Shown in pieces: positions 1 to 8,104 of a stretch of DNA of 33,013 nucleotides. A program made the translations under genes and the position numbers. How positions within the stretch are numbered: the stretch's first letter is position 1; every line of letters begins with the position of its first letter. The stretch is from positions 1 through 33,013 of the IMG/VR virus record IMGVR_UViG_3300045988_025432; one strand, given 5' to 3'. The notes beneath the pieces were generated by a model. It was not told the DNA's origin. It searched no databases and saw only the letters and a list, made by a program, of their open reading frames with translations. This DNA comes from a virus.

Positions 1-2
1 AA

Positions 3-137
3 TTAATTGAAGCAATTAACAACAATCAATTCAATAAAATCGGTCATTACAACTATTGTTTGAACAGATTAGACACGATTGTTAAAGAATCAAAAAATAC
101 ATTAAGTCTATTAAGAAATAACTTAAAAGAAGATTAA
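3..137 (+). CDS. 3' end of a CDS that starts upstream of the window (hypothetical protein, partial)
   Basis: The frame is open from the window edge to TAA 135-137 (..LIEAINNNQFNKIGHYNYCLNRLDTIVKESKNTLSLLRNNLKED*). No family recognised. Confidence 0.4.
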   Translation, partial: LIEAINNNQFNKIGHYNYCLNRLDTIVKESKNTLSLLRNNLKED

Positions 138-154
138 TAAGGAGGACACAAGAA

Positions 155-439
155 ATGACAAACGAACAAATCATACAAAATGAAAAGAAGTTATTAGGCA
201 TGGGAGAATTTGAACCATTGCACACATTCGCTAAATGGAAAGAAATGGGATTCAAAGTTAAAAAAGGTGAGCATGCTACAGTTTGCACAAAACTTTGGAA
301 ACGCAAATCAAAGAAAGTTGAATCAGTTGATGGAAAAGAAGCTGAAGAAAACAATTTCTTCTTAGCAAAAGCTTTCTTATTTAAGCTAGACCAAGTTGAA
401 AGAATTGAAACCAAAGGCAAACCACAATTAATGAATTAG
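155..439 (+). CDS. Possible ArdC-N-like (DUF1738-type) ssDNA-binding domain protein
   Basis: ATG preceded by an AAGGAGG SD. The motif HTFAKWKEMGFKVKKGEHA resembles the ArdC N-terminal domain signature. Motif-level recollection only. Confidence 0.35.
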   Translation: MTNEQIIQNEKKLLGMGEFEPLHTFAKWKEMGFKVKKGEHATVCTKLWKRKSKKVESVDGKEAEENNFFLAKAFLFKLDQVERIETKGKPQLMN

Positions 440-488
440 TCGAAATAAGCCGAAAGGCTTATCTGCTAGAGATGACCTACTAGCACTG

Positions 489-641
489 ATGATGACAGGT
501 TATGGAGGTGAAACAATAATAGATGCAAGAATTTTCGAAGCTTTAGGCTTACTTGAAAAGAAAGGCTATGAGCTATCTGAATTCGATAAAGGGTATATCG
601 CTTGTATCCTTAACGAATCCAAAAAAGAAGAAAAGAGGTGA
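489..641 (+). CDS. Small hypothetical protein (50 aa from the first ATG; the frame is open from 435)
   Basis: ATG ATG at 489-494, stop TGA 639-641, fills an otherwise empty gap. The frame is open upstream to 435 with coding-looking sequence but no canonical start, so the true start is unclear. Confidence 0.25.
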   Translation: MMTGYGGETIIDARIFEALGLLEKKGYELSEFDKGYIACILNESKKEEKR

Positions 642-646
642 ATGAA

Positions 647-826
647 ATGACTAGAACGTATTTTGTAACCTTCGATGTGACTGCAAATGTCACATTCGAG
701 GTTGAAGCACATGACAGTGCAGAAGCAAAAGAAATTGCAAATCAATTGAATGTTAGAGATTTGCAAGAAGTGAATAAAATCAATACATGTGAATCTAGGA
801 TGGAGGTGAACGAATATGATAATTGA
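647..826 (+). CDS. Hypothetical protein
   Basis: ATG 647 lies 6 nt after AAGAGGTG. The track's GTG 638 sits inside that SD. No family recognised. Confidence 0.5.
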   Translation: MTRTYFVTFDVTANVTFEVEAHDSAEAKEIANQLNVRDLQEVNKINTCESRMEVNEYDN

Positions 827-1070
827 TTACAAATCATATTTAAATAAAGACGATTTGGTAAAGGTGTTTGATATGAGCGAATTGTCAAAAGACCGACAAA
901 GACACCAATCAAGCAAGATTATGAAATCAGTTAGAGAGTTCTATAAAGAAGAAACAGGTACTGCTTGGGAAGACACATTTGTATATAGAAATGTTAATCA
1001 GAATGTAATTCCAACAGAATATTTCTTGAAGTGTTGTCCTGAAGCTAGAAAGTCATTTAGAAGGAGTTAG
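816..1070 (+). CDS. Hypothetical protein
   Basis: ATG after a GGAGGTG SD; overlaps the upstream gene by 11 nt, consistent with operon packing. Confidence 0.5.
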   Translation: MIIDYKSYLNKDDLVKVFDMSELSKDRQRHQSSKIMKSVREFYKEETGTAWEDTFVYRNVNQNVIPTEYFLKCCPEARKSFRRS

Positions 1071-1072
1071 TT

Positions 1073-1303
1073 ATGCAAGATATAAGAATGAATGCAATAC
1101 AGGATGATGAGATGGAGTTGAGCATTTATCCATTTAATCCAAAGCGAATACATTTAAGCAAAGAAGAAAAGGAACTGTTAAGGGAACAAAGGTATCAAAA
1201 AAGAATCACAACAGGAATAAACATTATGTTATTCGCAACAATTATGATTCTACTTATTTCAATAGCTTGTTTGGGTAAGTCGTATGCAATGTTATTTCTA
1301 TAA
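1073..1303 (+). CDS. Hypothetical small membrane protein
   Basis: ATG after an AAGGAG SD. C-terminal hydrophobic segment INIMLFATIMILLISIACLG. Confidence 0.5.
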   Translation: MQDIRMNAIQDDEMELSIYPFNPKRIHLSKEEKELLREQRYQKRITTGINIMLFATIMILLISIACLGKSYAMLFL

Positions 1304-1402
1304 AAAAAGAGGTGCGTACTCGACAAAGCACGCACACACAAGAAATGACGTTCTTAAAATAAGAACACATACATTATAGCAGATTAAAAGGAGAAACGGA
1401 AG

Positions 1403-2068
1403 ATGGAAGAAAAGAAAATGAATGTATATGAAAAGCTATCTCATATACAAAACGAAATGAAAGTGGGGAAGAATCAATATAACAAGTTTGGTAAATATAG
1501 TTATAGGTCGGCAGAGGATATCTTAGCAGAAGCAAAAAAGATTTGTGTTAAGTATAGAGCAACTCTAATCCTTACTGATGAAATTGAAGTCATTAAAGAT
1601 AGATATTATGTCGTAGCAAATGCAATTTTAAACGATTGGGATTCAAATGAATTAATTCAAGTAAAAGCAATGGCTAGAGAAGAAGAAAATAAAAAAGGTA
1701 TGGACGCTTCACAAGTTACAGGTTCATGCAGTTCATATGCTAGAAAATATGCGTTAAACGGTTTATTCAACTTAGATGATACAAAAGACGCAGATACAGA
1801 TGAACAACATGAAGCAATTCAAAATGCACAAACAAAACAACAGAAATCAGAAAACAATGACAAGTTGAATGAAATTCGCATGAGGTGTTTTAAAGCGCAA
1901 AATGAATTACAGAAGCTAGGAATTGATACACATTCAGAAGCGTTTTGTGAGCATTTAAAAGCCGAATATAAAATCAGTTCACAAGATATTCCTAATCTAA
2001 ATGGAAACGGTCTAGTTGGATTAATTAAGGCGTACGGAGCTATTTACAAAGAAAATGCGGAAGCATAA
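1403..2068 (+). CDS. erf: ERF-family single-strand annealing recombinase
   Basis: N-terminal pattern NVYEKLSHIQNEMKVGKNQYNKFGKYSYRSAEDIL plus QVTGSCSSYARKYALNGLF is the classic ERF (essential recombination function) signature. Good SD. Confidence 0.8.
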   Translation: MEEKKMNVYEKLSHIQNEMKVGKNQYNKFGKYSYRSAEDILAEAKKICVKYRATLILTDEIEVIKDRYYVVANAILNDWDSNELIQVKAMAREEENKKGMDASQVTGSCSSYARKYALNGLFNLDDTKDADTDEQHEAIQNAQTKQQKSENNDKLNEIRMRCFKAQNELQKLGIDTHSEAFCEHLKAEYKISSQDIPNLNGNGLVGLIKAYGAIYKENAEA

Positions 2069-2081
2069 GGAGGAAAGAAAA

Positions 2082-2387
2082 ATGGAATTAGTAAACGTAA
2101 CAAATGGACAAATTGAAATTCAACAGGAAGCATTAAGCAAATTGAAATCATTTCAAGAATACAAAAAGGAAATGGACAAATTAGAAAAAGATATTAAGAA
2201 GAATATCTTAGAAGCTATGGAAAAGAACGGTATCAAATCATTTGAAAATGATGTTGTGAAAATTGCATATGTAGAACCATATACAAGAACAACTATTGAT
2301 ACAAAGTTAGTGAATGAATTAGGTCTTATGCACCAATTAGCAAAGGAAACACAAGTTAAATCTAGTGTTAAGGTAACTTGGAAATAA
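2082..2387 (+). CDS. Hypothetical protein
   Basis: ATG 2082 lies 7 nt after AAGGAGGA; the track's ATG 2055 has no SD. Lys/Glu-rich, no family recognised. Confidence 0.5.
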   Translation: MELVNVTNGQIEIQQEALSKLKSFQEYKKEMDKLEKDIKKNILEAMEKNGIKSFENDVVKIAYVEPYTRTTIDTKLVNELGLMHQLAKETQVKSSVKVTWK

Positions 2388-2674
2388 AACGAGATAAGTC
2401 AATTTTACAAAAAGACATGTCTAAATGTTATGTATGTGGTTCAACTTTAGATTTGCACACGCACGAAATTTATTTCGGCACTGCAAACCGAAAAAAATCA
2501 ATTGAGCATGGGTGTTATGTAAGATTATGTGCTAGACATCACAACATGAGCAGTGAAGGAGTTCACTTCAATCACAAATTAGACATGAAACTAAAAAAGG
2601 AATGCCAACAGGCGTTTGAAGAAGAACACACAAGAAATGAATTTATGAAGATATTTCATAAGAATTATTTGTAG
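2378..2674 (+). CDS. Small Cys/His-rich (HNH/zinc-finger-like) phage protein
   Basis: CYVCGS..HTHEIYFG..NRKKSIEHGCYVRLCARHH is an HNH-like metal-binding pattern. The start is ambiguous: TTG 2378 is only 3 nt from AAGGT, in-frame ATA 2384 (ATAA overlap with the upstream stop) has 9-nt spacing, and ATG 2417 has no SD. Confidence 0.5.
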   Translation: MEIKRDKSILQKDMSKCYVCGSTLDLHTHEIYFGTANRKKSIEHGCYVRLCARHHNMSSEGVHFNHKLDMKLKKECQQAFEEEHTRNEFMKIFHKNYL

Positions 2675-2683
2675 GAGGTAAAT

Positions 2684-2914
2684 ATGCATTCATACAATGT
2701 TATCACGAATCAAGAATCATATCCTAGAGAAATCTATTATTCTCAAGCTAAAAGGATTGAGGATTTAGAAAATTACATCATGGATGAGAATTTCAATCCG
2801 TATCAAGATTCATGGACGGATGTTAATAGAATGAAAGAGCTAGGAATTACAGAAGAGCAAATGGAACTTTTCAGAATTCAAAAATTTGAAGAAATGGAGC
2901 AAATGAGATTTTGA
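2684..2914 (+). CDS. Hypothetical protein
   Basis: ATG after a TAGGAGGT SD; no family recognised. Confidence 0.5.
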   Translation: MHSYNVITNQESYPREIYYSQAKRIEDLENYIMDENFNPYQDSWTDVNRMKELGITEEQMELFRIQKFEEMEQMRF

Positions 2915-3450
2915 AAACAAAATTGATAGGTAACTTCATCCGAAAATCAAGAAACGAAGATGGAAACCTAGAAATAACATTTGAATTGACTGATAAAACA
3001 TATGAATATTACGCTCAGGCCCTCAAAAAAGGGGCATATAGTGTAGTTATAGATTCGGTTAAAGATTTACGTACACTTAAACAAAATAACCTTATGTGGG
3101 GCTTAATTGGAGATATATGTAGCAATGAAAACGCAAGCCATAGAGACACGTGGGATATGTACTGCGAGTTTTTGAGAATGGCAAAGCAAAAATATACATA
3201 TGTTTTAGTCGTTAAAGAAGGCTACGACGATTTATGTGTTGCGCATGGAGTTAGAGCAGTACAGGCGTTAGGTACAGAAACAAGAGAAAACGGAAAAGAA
3301 TTTATAAAATGTAGAGTATTTATAGGTAGTTCACGGATGAGCACAAAAGAAATGGGAAATTTAATTGATTGCATATTATATTATGCGGAACAATTAGGAA
3401 TCAACACTAAATACTACTTAGATGAAGGAATAAAAGGGGAAGAAAAATAA
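2911..3450 (+). CDS. ninB: NinB/Orf-family recombination mediator
   Basis: RTLKQNNLMWGLIGDICSN and IGSSRMSTKEMGNLIDCILYYAEQLGI align with lambda Orf (RSLDQNRKLWACLGDVSRQ and GQSTSRMRVGEFAELLELIQAFGTERGV, from memory). TTG start in a TTGA overlap with the upstream stop. Confidence 0.7.
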   Translation: MKTKLIGNFIRKSRNEDGNLEITFELTDKTYEYYAQALKKGAYSVVIDSVKDLRTLKQNNLMWGLIGDICSNENASHRDTWDMYCEFLRMAKQKYTYVLVVKEGYDDLCVAHGVRAVQALGTETRENGKEFIKCRVFIGSSRMSTKEMGNLIDCILYYAEQLGINTKYYLDEGIKGEEK

Positions 3451-3827
3451 AGTTTGTAATCAAAGGAAAGCTAGATGGATTGAATGAATATATTAATGCT
3501 TGCAGAACGAATCGTTACAAAGGAGCAGAAATGAAGAAAAAGAATGAGCGATTAGTTATGGCCTATATATTACAGGCAGTAAACTTTGGTGAAATTTACG
3601 AAGTTAAGAACTACCCAATTAAATTAAATATTAATTGGTATGAGCCGAATTCAAGGCGTGATATTGATAACGTAACATTCGCAACTAAATTCATTCAAGA
3701 TTCATTAGTTAGAACAGGAATACTTGAGGATGATTCAAGAAAATACATTAATCAAGTGAATCATTCAGTATTTACTGATAAACAAAATCCAAGGATAGAG
3801 GTAGAAATTCTGGGCGGAGGTGATTAG
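3447..3827 (+). CDS. rusA: RusA-like Holliday junction resolvase, predicted ATA start
   Basis: KFVIKGKLDGLNEYINA..RRDIDNVTFATKFIQDSLVRTGILEDDSRKYI..NPRIEVEI fits the Firmicute-phage RusA pattern. The frame is open only from 3426 and has no ATG/GTG/TTG before TTG 3480, which would remove the conserved first strand. ATA 3447 overlaps the ninB stop (ATAA) and lies 6 nt after AAAGGGGA. Confidence 0.7.
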   Translation: MKFVIKGKLDGLNEYINACRTNRYKGAEMKKKNERLVMAYILQAVNFGEIYEVKNYPIKLNINWYEPNSRRDIDNVTFATKFIQDSLVRTGILEDDSRKYINQVNHSVFTDKQNPRIEVEILGGGD

Positions 3828-3828
3828 A

Positions 3829-4500
3829 ATAGCAGAACTAAAGAAATCGTATTACGCAATAATACCTGCAGAAGTTCGATATGATGAAGAATTGCCACCA
3901 AACGCAAAACTATTGTATGGAGAAATTACATCATTGTGTAATGAAAAAGGATATTGTTGGGCAACAAATCAATATTTCGCAGATTTATATAAAGTTTCTA
4001 AAATTACAGTAAGTAGATGGATTAGCATTCTAAACAAAAAAGGATATATTGCCGTAGAAACACTGTATAAAGAAGGAACAAAAGAAATTATCGGAAGGCA
4101 TTTATATATTGTAAATACCCCTATTAACAAAAATGTTAAAGATAATAATAAAGTTATTAATACTAAAATTAATAATAAATTAAAAGTAAGTAAACATAAA
4201 TACGGAGAATATCAACACGTTCTATTAACAGATAAAGAACACACACAACTATTAGATTTATATGGTGATTCATTAGATGAGCATATAAAGATATTAGATG
4301 AGTATATTGAAACGAGTGGAAAGAAATACAAGAACTATTCACTAGTAATTCAGAAGTGGGTACATGATGAATGGACTAAAAGAAATAAAGATAAGCCTAT
4401 CACACTTGATTCAAAGTTTTATGCAGAGCAAAACACAAAAACAGATAAAGAAGTACAGGATGAATTTAATAGGCTTAGAGCACAACTGTTTGGTGCATAA
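3829..4500 (+). CDS. Phage replication protein / replisome organizer (N-terminal winged-helix), predicted ATA start
   Basis: AKLLYGEITSLCNEKGYCWATNQYFADLYKVSKITVSRWISILNKKGYI is the typical HTH replication-organizer N-domain. GGAGG 3816-3820 overlaps the track's GTG 3820 and lies 8 nt before in-frame ATA 3829 (context AATAGCA). Confidence 0.6.
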   Translation: MAELKKSYYAIIPAEVRYDEELPPNAKLLYGEITSLCNEKGYCWATNQYFADLYKVSKITVSRWISILNKKGYIAVETLYKEGTKEIIGRHLYIVNTPINKNVKDNNKVINTKINNKLKVSKHKYGEYQHVLLTDKEHTQLLDLYGDSLDEHIKILDEYIETSGKKYKNYSLVIQKWVHDEWTKRNKDKPITLDSKFYAEQNTKTDKEVQDEFNRLRAQLFGA

Positions 4501-4513
4501 AAGGGGTGAATAA

Positions 4514-4720
4514 ATGATTAATTGGATTTGTGGAGCTATATGTGGAAGTGTTGCAACACTTCTTCTATATAGCATAATGGTAGGAAAAAGGATTCAAGAA
4601 GAACAAGACAAAGCTTGTAAATGTATTTTTAAATATGAAGAATACAGAAGAAGAATCAGAACTTTAGAATATGAAAAAAAGAAATTAGAGTATGACTTGA
4701 AATCTGCTCAACAGAGGTAA
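4514..4720 (+). CDS. Small membrane-anchored coiled-coil protein (hypothetical)
   Basis: ATG after an AAGGGGTGA SD; N-terminal TM segment WICGAICGSVATLLLYSIMV followed by a charged helix. Confidence 0.5.
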   Translation: MINWICGAICGSVATLLLYSIMVGKRIQEEQDKACKCIFKYEEYRRRIRTLEYEKKKLEYDLKSAQQR

Positions 4721-4725
4721 TCAAT

Positions 4726-5343
4726 ATGGACTACATGATGTTAGAACCTTATACAAATGAATTTAAAGGGTTTGTAAGTGATGAAAAGGTAATGGATGAG
4801 TTAGGGTTAACGAAAGCACAATTCGACGCACACGTTATGTATCAACGACTATATAAAGGATGTGTGTTGATTGAAGATGAAGCAGACGAAAAGAAAGCGA
4901 GCGATACAGAAATGTACGAATTAATTGAAACATCCAAGACAGGCAGAAGATGGTACATTTCAAATCGTTTAAATGTAATTTCAGTTAGTAAAGATGGAGT
5001 TAAAAGCAAGATTCATCCTTCATTTGATAAAAGAGCTTACAGAGTTTGTATAAATGGGAAGATGTATCAACTATACAGATTAGCGTATAAAGCTTTTATC
5101 GGTGATTTAAGTAGAAGTTACAAAGTTCGTTTAAAAGGGAAGAAACACGTTAAGAATTTATATCTTGTAAACAATGGTGTTGATGGTGGCAAGGCATGTC
5201 AAAAGAAAGTTGTATTGAATGGGGTTGAATATGAATCAATCGCACAATGTGCTAGAGCAACAGGATATACACCAACCGCAATATCGATTATGTTGCGAGG
5301 GATTGTAAAGAATAGTTTAGGTGTTAGATACGCAGAGGTATAA
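4726..5343 (+). CDS. Homing-endonuclease-like DNA-binding protein (NUMOD4/HNH_3-like core, NUMOD1-like C-terminal HTH); catalytic motif not evident
   Basis: RRWYISNRLNVISVSKDG..YRLAYKAFIGDL resembles NUMOD4/HNH_3 endonucleases. C-terminal VVLNGVEYESIAQCARATGYTPTAISIMLRG resembles NUMOD1. I could not see a clean HNH triad. Confidence 0.35.
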   Translation: MDYMMLEPYTNEFKGFVSDEKVMDELGLTKAQFDAHVMYQRLYKGCVLIEDEADEKKASDTEMYELIETSKTGRRWYISNRLNVISVSKDGVKSKIHPSFDKRAYRVCINGKMYQLYRLAYKAFIGDLSRSYKVRLKGKKHVKNLYLVNNGVDGGKACQKKVVLNGVEYESIAQCARATGYTPTAISIMLRGIVKNSLGVRYAEV

Positions 5344-5345
5344 AA

Positions 5346-5804
5346 ATGAATAAAGAACATAAATGTGATGAATGTAAATACGAATATTTATCAAAAGAAG
5401 AACATCCTTGTAATGTATGCAGATGGAGATTTAAAGAAAGAAAATTAGTTGTATTAGGAAAAATAAACTACTTTGAGCCTAAAGAAGAAAAAGGACTAAA
5501 TAAATGTATAAGATGTAAATACGAACATGATTCTGCAATTGATGAACCATGCGTGAGTTGCAGTAAATCAACAAGTCATTTTGAGCCAAAAGAACATGAT
5601 GAAATCGACATGGTCAATCATCCACAACATTACAGTGCTCATGGTATTGAGCCAATTGATTACATTGAATCACATAACCTTAATTTTAATTTAGGAAATG
5701 TAATTAAATATGTATCACGTGCTCCATACAAAGAAGCGAAATTAGAAGATTTGAAAAAGGCATTATGGTATTTAGAAAGAGAGGTCGAAAGACATGACAA
5801 GTAA
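5346..5804 (+). CDS. Zinc-ribbon plus DUF3310-family phage protein
   Basis: Several CxxC pairs in the N-terminus. C-terminal NHPQHYSAHGIEPIDYIESHNLNFNLGNVIKYVSRAPYKEAKLEDLKKALWYLEREV matches the DUF3310 pattern (P.HY..e.i..i...f..gN.iKY..R...K...eDl.KA..Yl). Confidence 0.6.
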   Translation: MNKEHKCDECKYEYLSKEEHPCNVCRWRFKERKLVVLGKINYFEPKEEKGLNKCIRCKYEHDSAIDEPCVSCSKSTSHFEPKEHDEIDMVNHPQHYSAHGIEPIDYIESHNLNFNLGNVIKYVSRAPYKEAKLEDLKKALWYLEREVERHDK

Positions 5805-6303
5805 AGAATATGAATTAATTAAAGACATGCTAAAAAGACAAGAAAAGTTAGATAAATCAATTATGAGTGCATACGGATTAAAGAAGATTACTGATGATAA
5901 ACTCGCTTTTGCAATCCTTGACGAAGTAGGAGAGTTAACACATGAATTAAAAGGAGATTGGTGTTGGTGAAAAAAAACACAACCTCCGGTAGATATGGGA
6001 AAGGTATTAGGCGAATTAGTTGATATTTGGCATTTTGTATTAAGTTATCAAAATAATATCAACCTTGGCGAAATGTCATTGTATGAATTTGAAAAAGAAA
6101 AAAGTGAAGTCAATGGAATATTGTTACCAATGAGAGCAGAATCTTTACCTTATGTATTGGCTTATATAGCTTCCTGCGGTCATCATATGCTTGAAGCATT
6201 AATTGCAATCTCAGAATACTTAGGTTTCACAATTGAGCAAGTATATGAATGCTATTGTGATAAGAACAAAATCAACTATCAAAGGCTAGAAAGTGGGTAC
6301 TAG
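5794..6303 (+). CDS. dut: Dimeric (all-alpha, dUTPase_2-type) dUTPase interrupted by one in-frame TGA at 5968-5970
   Basis: ATG 5794 lies 8 nt after GAGAGGT. LAFAILDEVGELTHELKGDWCW[TGA]KKTQPPVDMGKVLGELVDIWHFVLS matches staphylococcal-phage dimeric Dut ..FKNWKKKPGKPLDVQLDELADILAF (from memory). The TGA sits at the conserved Trp, and both halves share one frame. Confidence 0.65.
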
Positions 6304-6306
6304 GAT

Positions 6307-6573
6307 ATGTGGGTTAGGAGTCAAGACAGAAAGATTTTAACAGAAATTCATGATGTAGAAATTGATAGCGGATTTAAAGTTTGGGGTAGTGGTTCTTTAA
6401 TTGGCGAATATTCTACAGAAGAAAAAGCGTTGAAGGTTCTAGATAGAATTGAAGAACTTATTGAGAATCAGTGCGGATTAACGTTCTATATGCCTGTAGA
6501 TGATGAAGTGGTAACAGTAAAGAAAAGAATCGACTATGCAGAATTTCGAATGTTAGAAGAAAAAGAAAAGTGA
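6307..6573 (+). CDS. Hypothetical protein
   Basis: ATG close after the upstream stop; tiling ORF; no family recognised. Confidence 0.5.
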   Translation: MWVRSQDRKILTEIHDVEIDSGFKVWGSGSLIGEYSTEEKALKVLDRIEELIENQCGLTFYMPVDDEVVTVKKRIDYAEFRMLEEKEK

Positions 6574-6585
6574 GGAGATGGAAGT

Positions 6586-6756
6586 ATGACGGAAAAAGAT
6601 TTAGATGAATTTGAAAAAGAATTCGGATTTAAGTTGTTGCCTACATCATTCAAAAAGCCTTTATCAGAAATCACAAAAGAGGAATACAGAGAGCGTATTG
6701 AATACTTATACAACGCAATTATTAATGATGATTCAAATGAGGAGGATGAAGTATGA
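6586..6756 (+). CDS. Small acidic hypothetical protein (56 aa)
   Basis: ATG 6586 after a GAGGAGATGG SD; its stop overlaps the next start (ATGA). Not in the ORF track because it is under 60 aa. Confidence 0.45.
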   Translation: MTEKDLDEFEKEFGFKLLPTSFKKPLSEITKEEYRERIEYLYNAIINDDSNEEDEV

Positions 6757-7052
6757 AAGATAAAGAATTGAAAAAAAACTTAGAAAAGGGAAGAAAAAAG
6801 CAAAGAGAAGATGCTATAAAAATAAATACTTTTATCAGATTAGATAAAAGCAGTGCTTCTGAAATCGATAAACAAATTGAGCAAACTTATTTATCTTTGC
6901 AAAAGAATATTAAATTTGTCTGTACTAATAAAGACTTGATGAACAGTATGCTAGATGAATTAGACTATATTGTTTACGCATCGAAACTATATGGTGGAAA
7001 GCATGTTATGGAAGAATTAGATAATCGTTACAAAAATAAATTAATGAGTTAA
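6753..7052 (+). CDS. Hypothetical protein
   Basis: ATG after a GAGGAGGATGA SD; no family recognised. Confidence 0.5.
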   Translation: MKDKELKKNLEKGRKKQREDAIKINTFIRLDKSSASEIDKQIEQTYLSLQKNIKFVCTNKDLMNSMLDELDYIVYASKLYGGKHVMEELDNRYKNKLMS

Positions 7053-7065
7053 AAGGAGAATGAAA

Positions 7066-7548
7066 ATGATTAATGTAGCAGTAATAGCAGGACATCTAAC
7101 TAAAGATGTTGAACTATCAAAAACGCAAAATGGAAATAGCGTAGCAAAGTTTACAGTAGCAGTAAATGGATACAATGACACTACAGATTTTATTAATTGC
7201 GTAGCATGGAATAAATTAGCAGATATCGTAAATATGTATTGTAAGAAAGGTGATTTAGTTACAGTCGAAGGAAGAATTAGTGTTAGAAATTATGAGAATC
7301 AACAAGGGCAGAAAGTGTATATCACTGAGGTGGTAGCTAGTAACGTACAATTACCGCCTAAAAACGCTTCTAATGGGCAGAATTACAATTCTAATGTAAA
7401 TACATATCAACAACCTAATCAAGTGAATAACAACACTTACGGCGTTCAAAATACATATACGCAACCTAGTTTGACACAACAAATTGCACAACAAGAATAT
7501 AGCAATGGAAGTGATTTAGATATTGCTTCAGATGATTTACCATTCTAG
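7066..7548 (+). CDS. ssb: Single-stranded DNA-binding protein
   Basis: OB-fold pattern MINVAVIAGHLTKDVEL..FTVAV..DFINCVAWNKLADIV..KKGDLVTVEGRI..R.YENQQGQKVYITEVVA, a Q/N-rich linker, and the acidic tail DDLPF typical of bacterial and phage SSB. Confidence 0.9.
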   Translation: MINVAVIAGHLTKDVELSKTQNGNSVAKFTVAVNGYNDTTDFINCVAWNKLADIVNMYCKKGDLVTVEGRISVRNYENQQGQKVYITEVVASNVQLPPKNASNGQNYNSNVNTYQQPNQVNNNTYGVQNTYTQPSLTQQIAQQEYSNGSDLDIASDDLPF

Positions 7549-7560
7549 GAGGTGGCTTCA

Positions 7561-7755
7561 ATAGAAATGAATTATGAAGAAAGGATTAAAGAGTTAATTT
7601 CTAAAAACAATAGACTAGGAAGGAAGAATATTGAATTGGAGCAGACTTTAAAAGAAAGAAACGCAACAATTCATACTCAAGCTAAAGAAATCAAGAAATT
7701 AAGAAGTGAAGTTGGCGAATTAAAGGATAGATTGTATAAGGTATACAGTTCATGA
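7561..7755 (+). CDS. Small coiled-coil protein, predicted ATA start
   Basis: GGAGG 7548-7552 overlaps the track's GTG 7552. In-frame ATA 7561 (context TCAATAGAA) is 8 nt downstream; the next ATG (7567) is 14 nt away. Confidence 0.5.
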   Translation: MEMNYEERIKELISKNNRLGRKNIELEQTLKERNATIHTQAKEIKKLRSEVGELKDRLYKVYSS

Positions 7756-8078
7756 GCACATATGAAGATATTAAGAGACACTTCTTGTGTGAATGCCAAT
7801 CGTACACATATTATGAGCAAAAGATAGCAGAGCTACAAAGGGATGAAGCAATTTATCCTTTAAAAGCCGAGCTATTCTTAGCTCATGCAGATTATGCAAG
7901 AAGAATGAACTATGTAAAAGACAAATTAAGCCAACTTGATGATACAACTCGAGCCATGATTGAGTATAGATATATAAAGGGATTCAGTGCAGAAAAAACA
8001 TCTAATATTGTAGGTTATGCACGAGAAGAGATTCCAAGAAAAATAAATAAGAACTTAAAGAAAGTGCTCACATTGTGA
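7752..8078 (+). CDS. ArpU/RinA-like late transcriptional regulator (sigma-70 region-4-type HTH)
   Basis: ATGA overlap start. C-terminal RAMIEYRYIKGFSAEKTSNIVGYAREEIPRKINKNLKKV is a sigma region-4-like HTH. It sits at the early/late boundary ahead of the packaging genes. Confidence 0.5.
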   Translation: MSTYEDIKRHFLCECQSYTYYEQKIAELQRDEAIYPLKAELFLAHADYARRMNYVKDKLSQLDDTTRAMIEYRYIKGFSAEKTSNIVGYAREEIPRKINKNLKKVLTL

Positions 8079-8087
8079 GCATTTTTT
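8065..8087 (+). terminator. Rho-independent terminator
   Basis: TGCTCAC (8065-8071) pairs with GTGAGCA (8075-8081), 3-nt loop, then TTTTTT 8082-8087. The stop codon of the upstream gene lies inside the stem. Confidence 0.65.
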
Positions 8088-8089
8088 CA

Positions 8090-8098
8090 TGTAATAAT
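8090..8098 (+). promoter_or_regulatory. Extended -10 promoter (TGtAATAAT) for the tRNA gene
   Basis: TG-n-AATAAT ends 7 nt before tRNA position 1 (8105), so the transcript could start at or next to the mature 5' end. Confidence 0.4.
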
Positions 8099-8104
8099 TG
8101 TTTT

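Noticed and set aside
1304-1402. Relatively GC-rich hairpins in the 1304-1402 intergenic region (GTGCGT..ACGCAC; GTTCTTA-AAA-TAAGAAC) as a regulatory RNA or terminator
   Set aside because: The stems are real but short, neither is followed by a T tract, and I could not tie them to a promoter or a known motif. Noted only as unexplained structure.
5968-5970. Genome-wide TGA=Trp recoding (genetic code 4 or 25) as the explanation for the dUTPase TGA
   Set aside because: TGA works as a stop in many tightly coupled junctions (ATGA at 6753, 7752, 21639, 22414, 23717; TTGA at 2911; GTGA at 30040). Trp is otherwise encoded by TGG throughout, and standard-code ORFs tile the window. Only this one codon behaves oddly.
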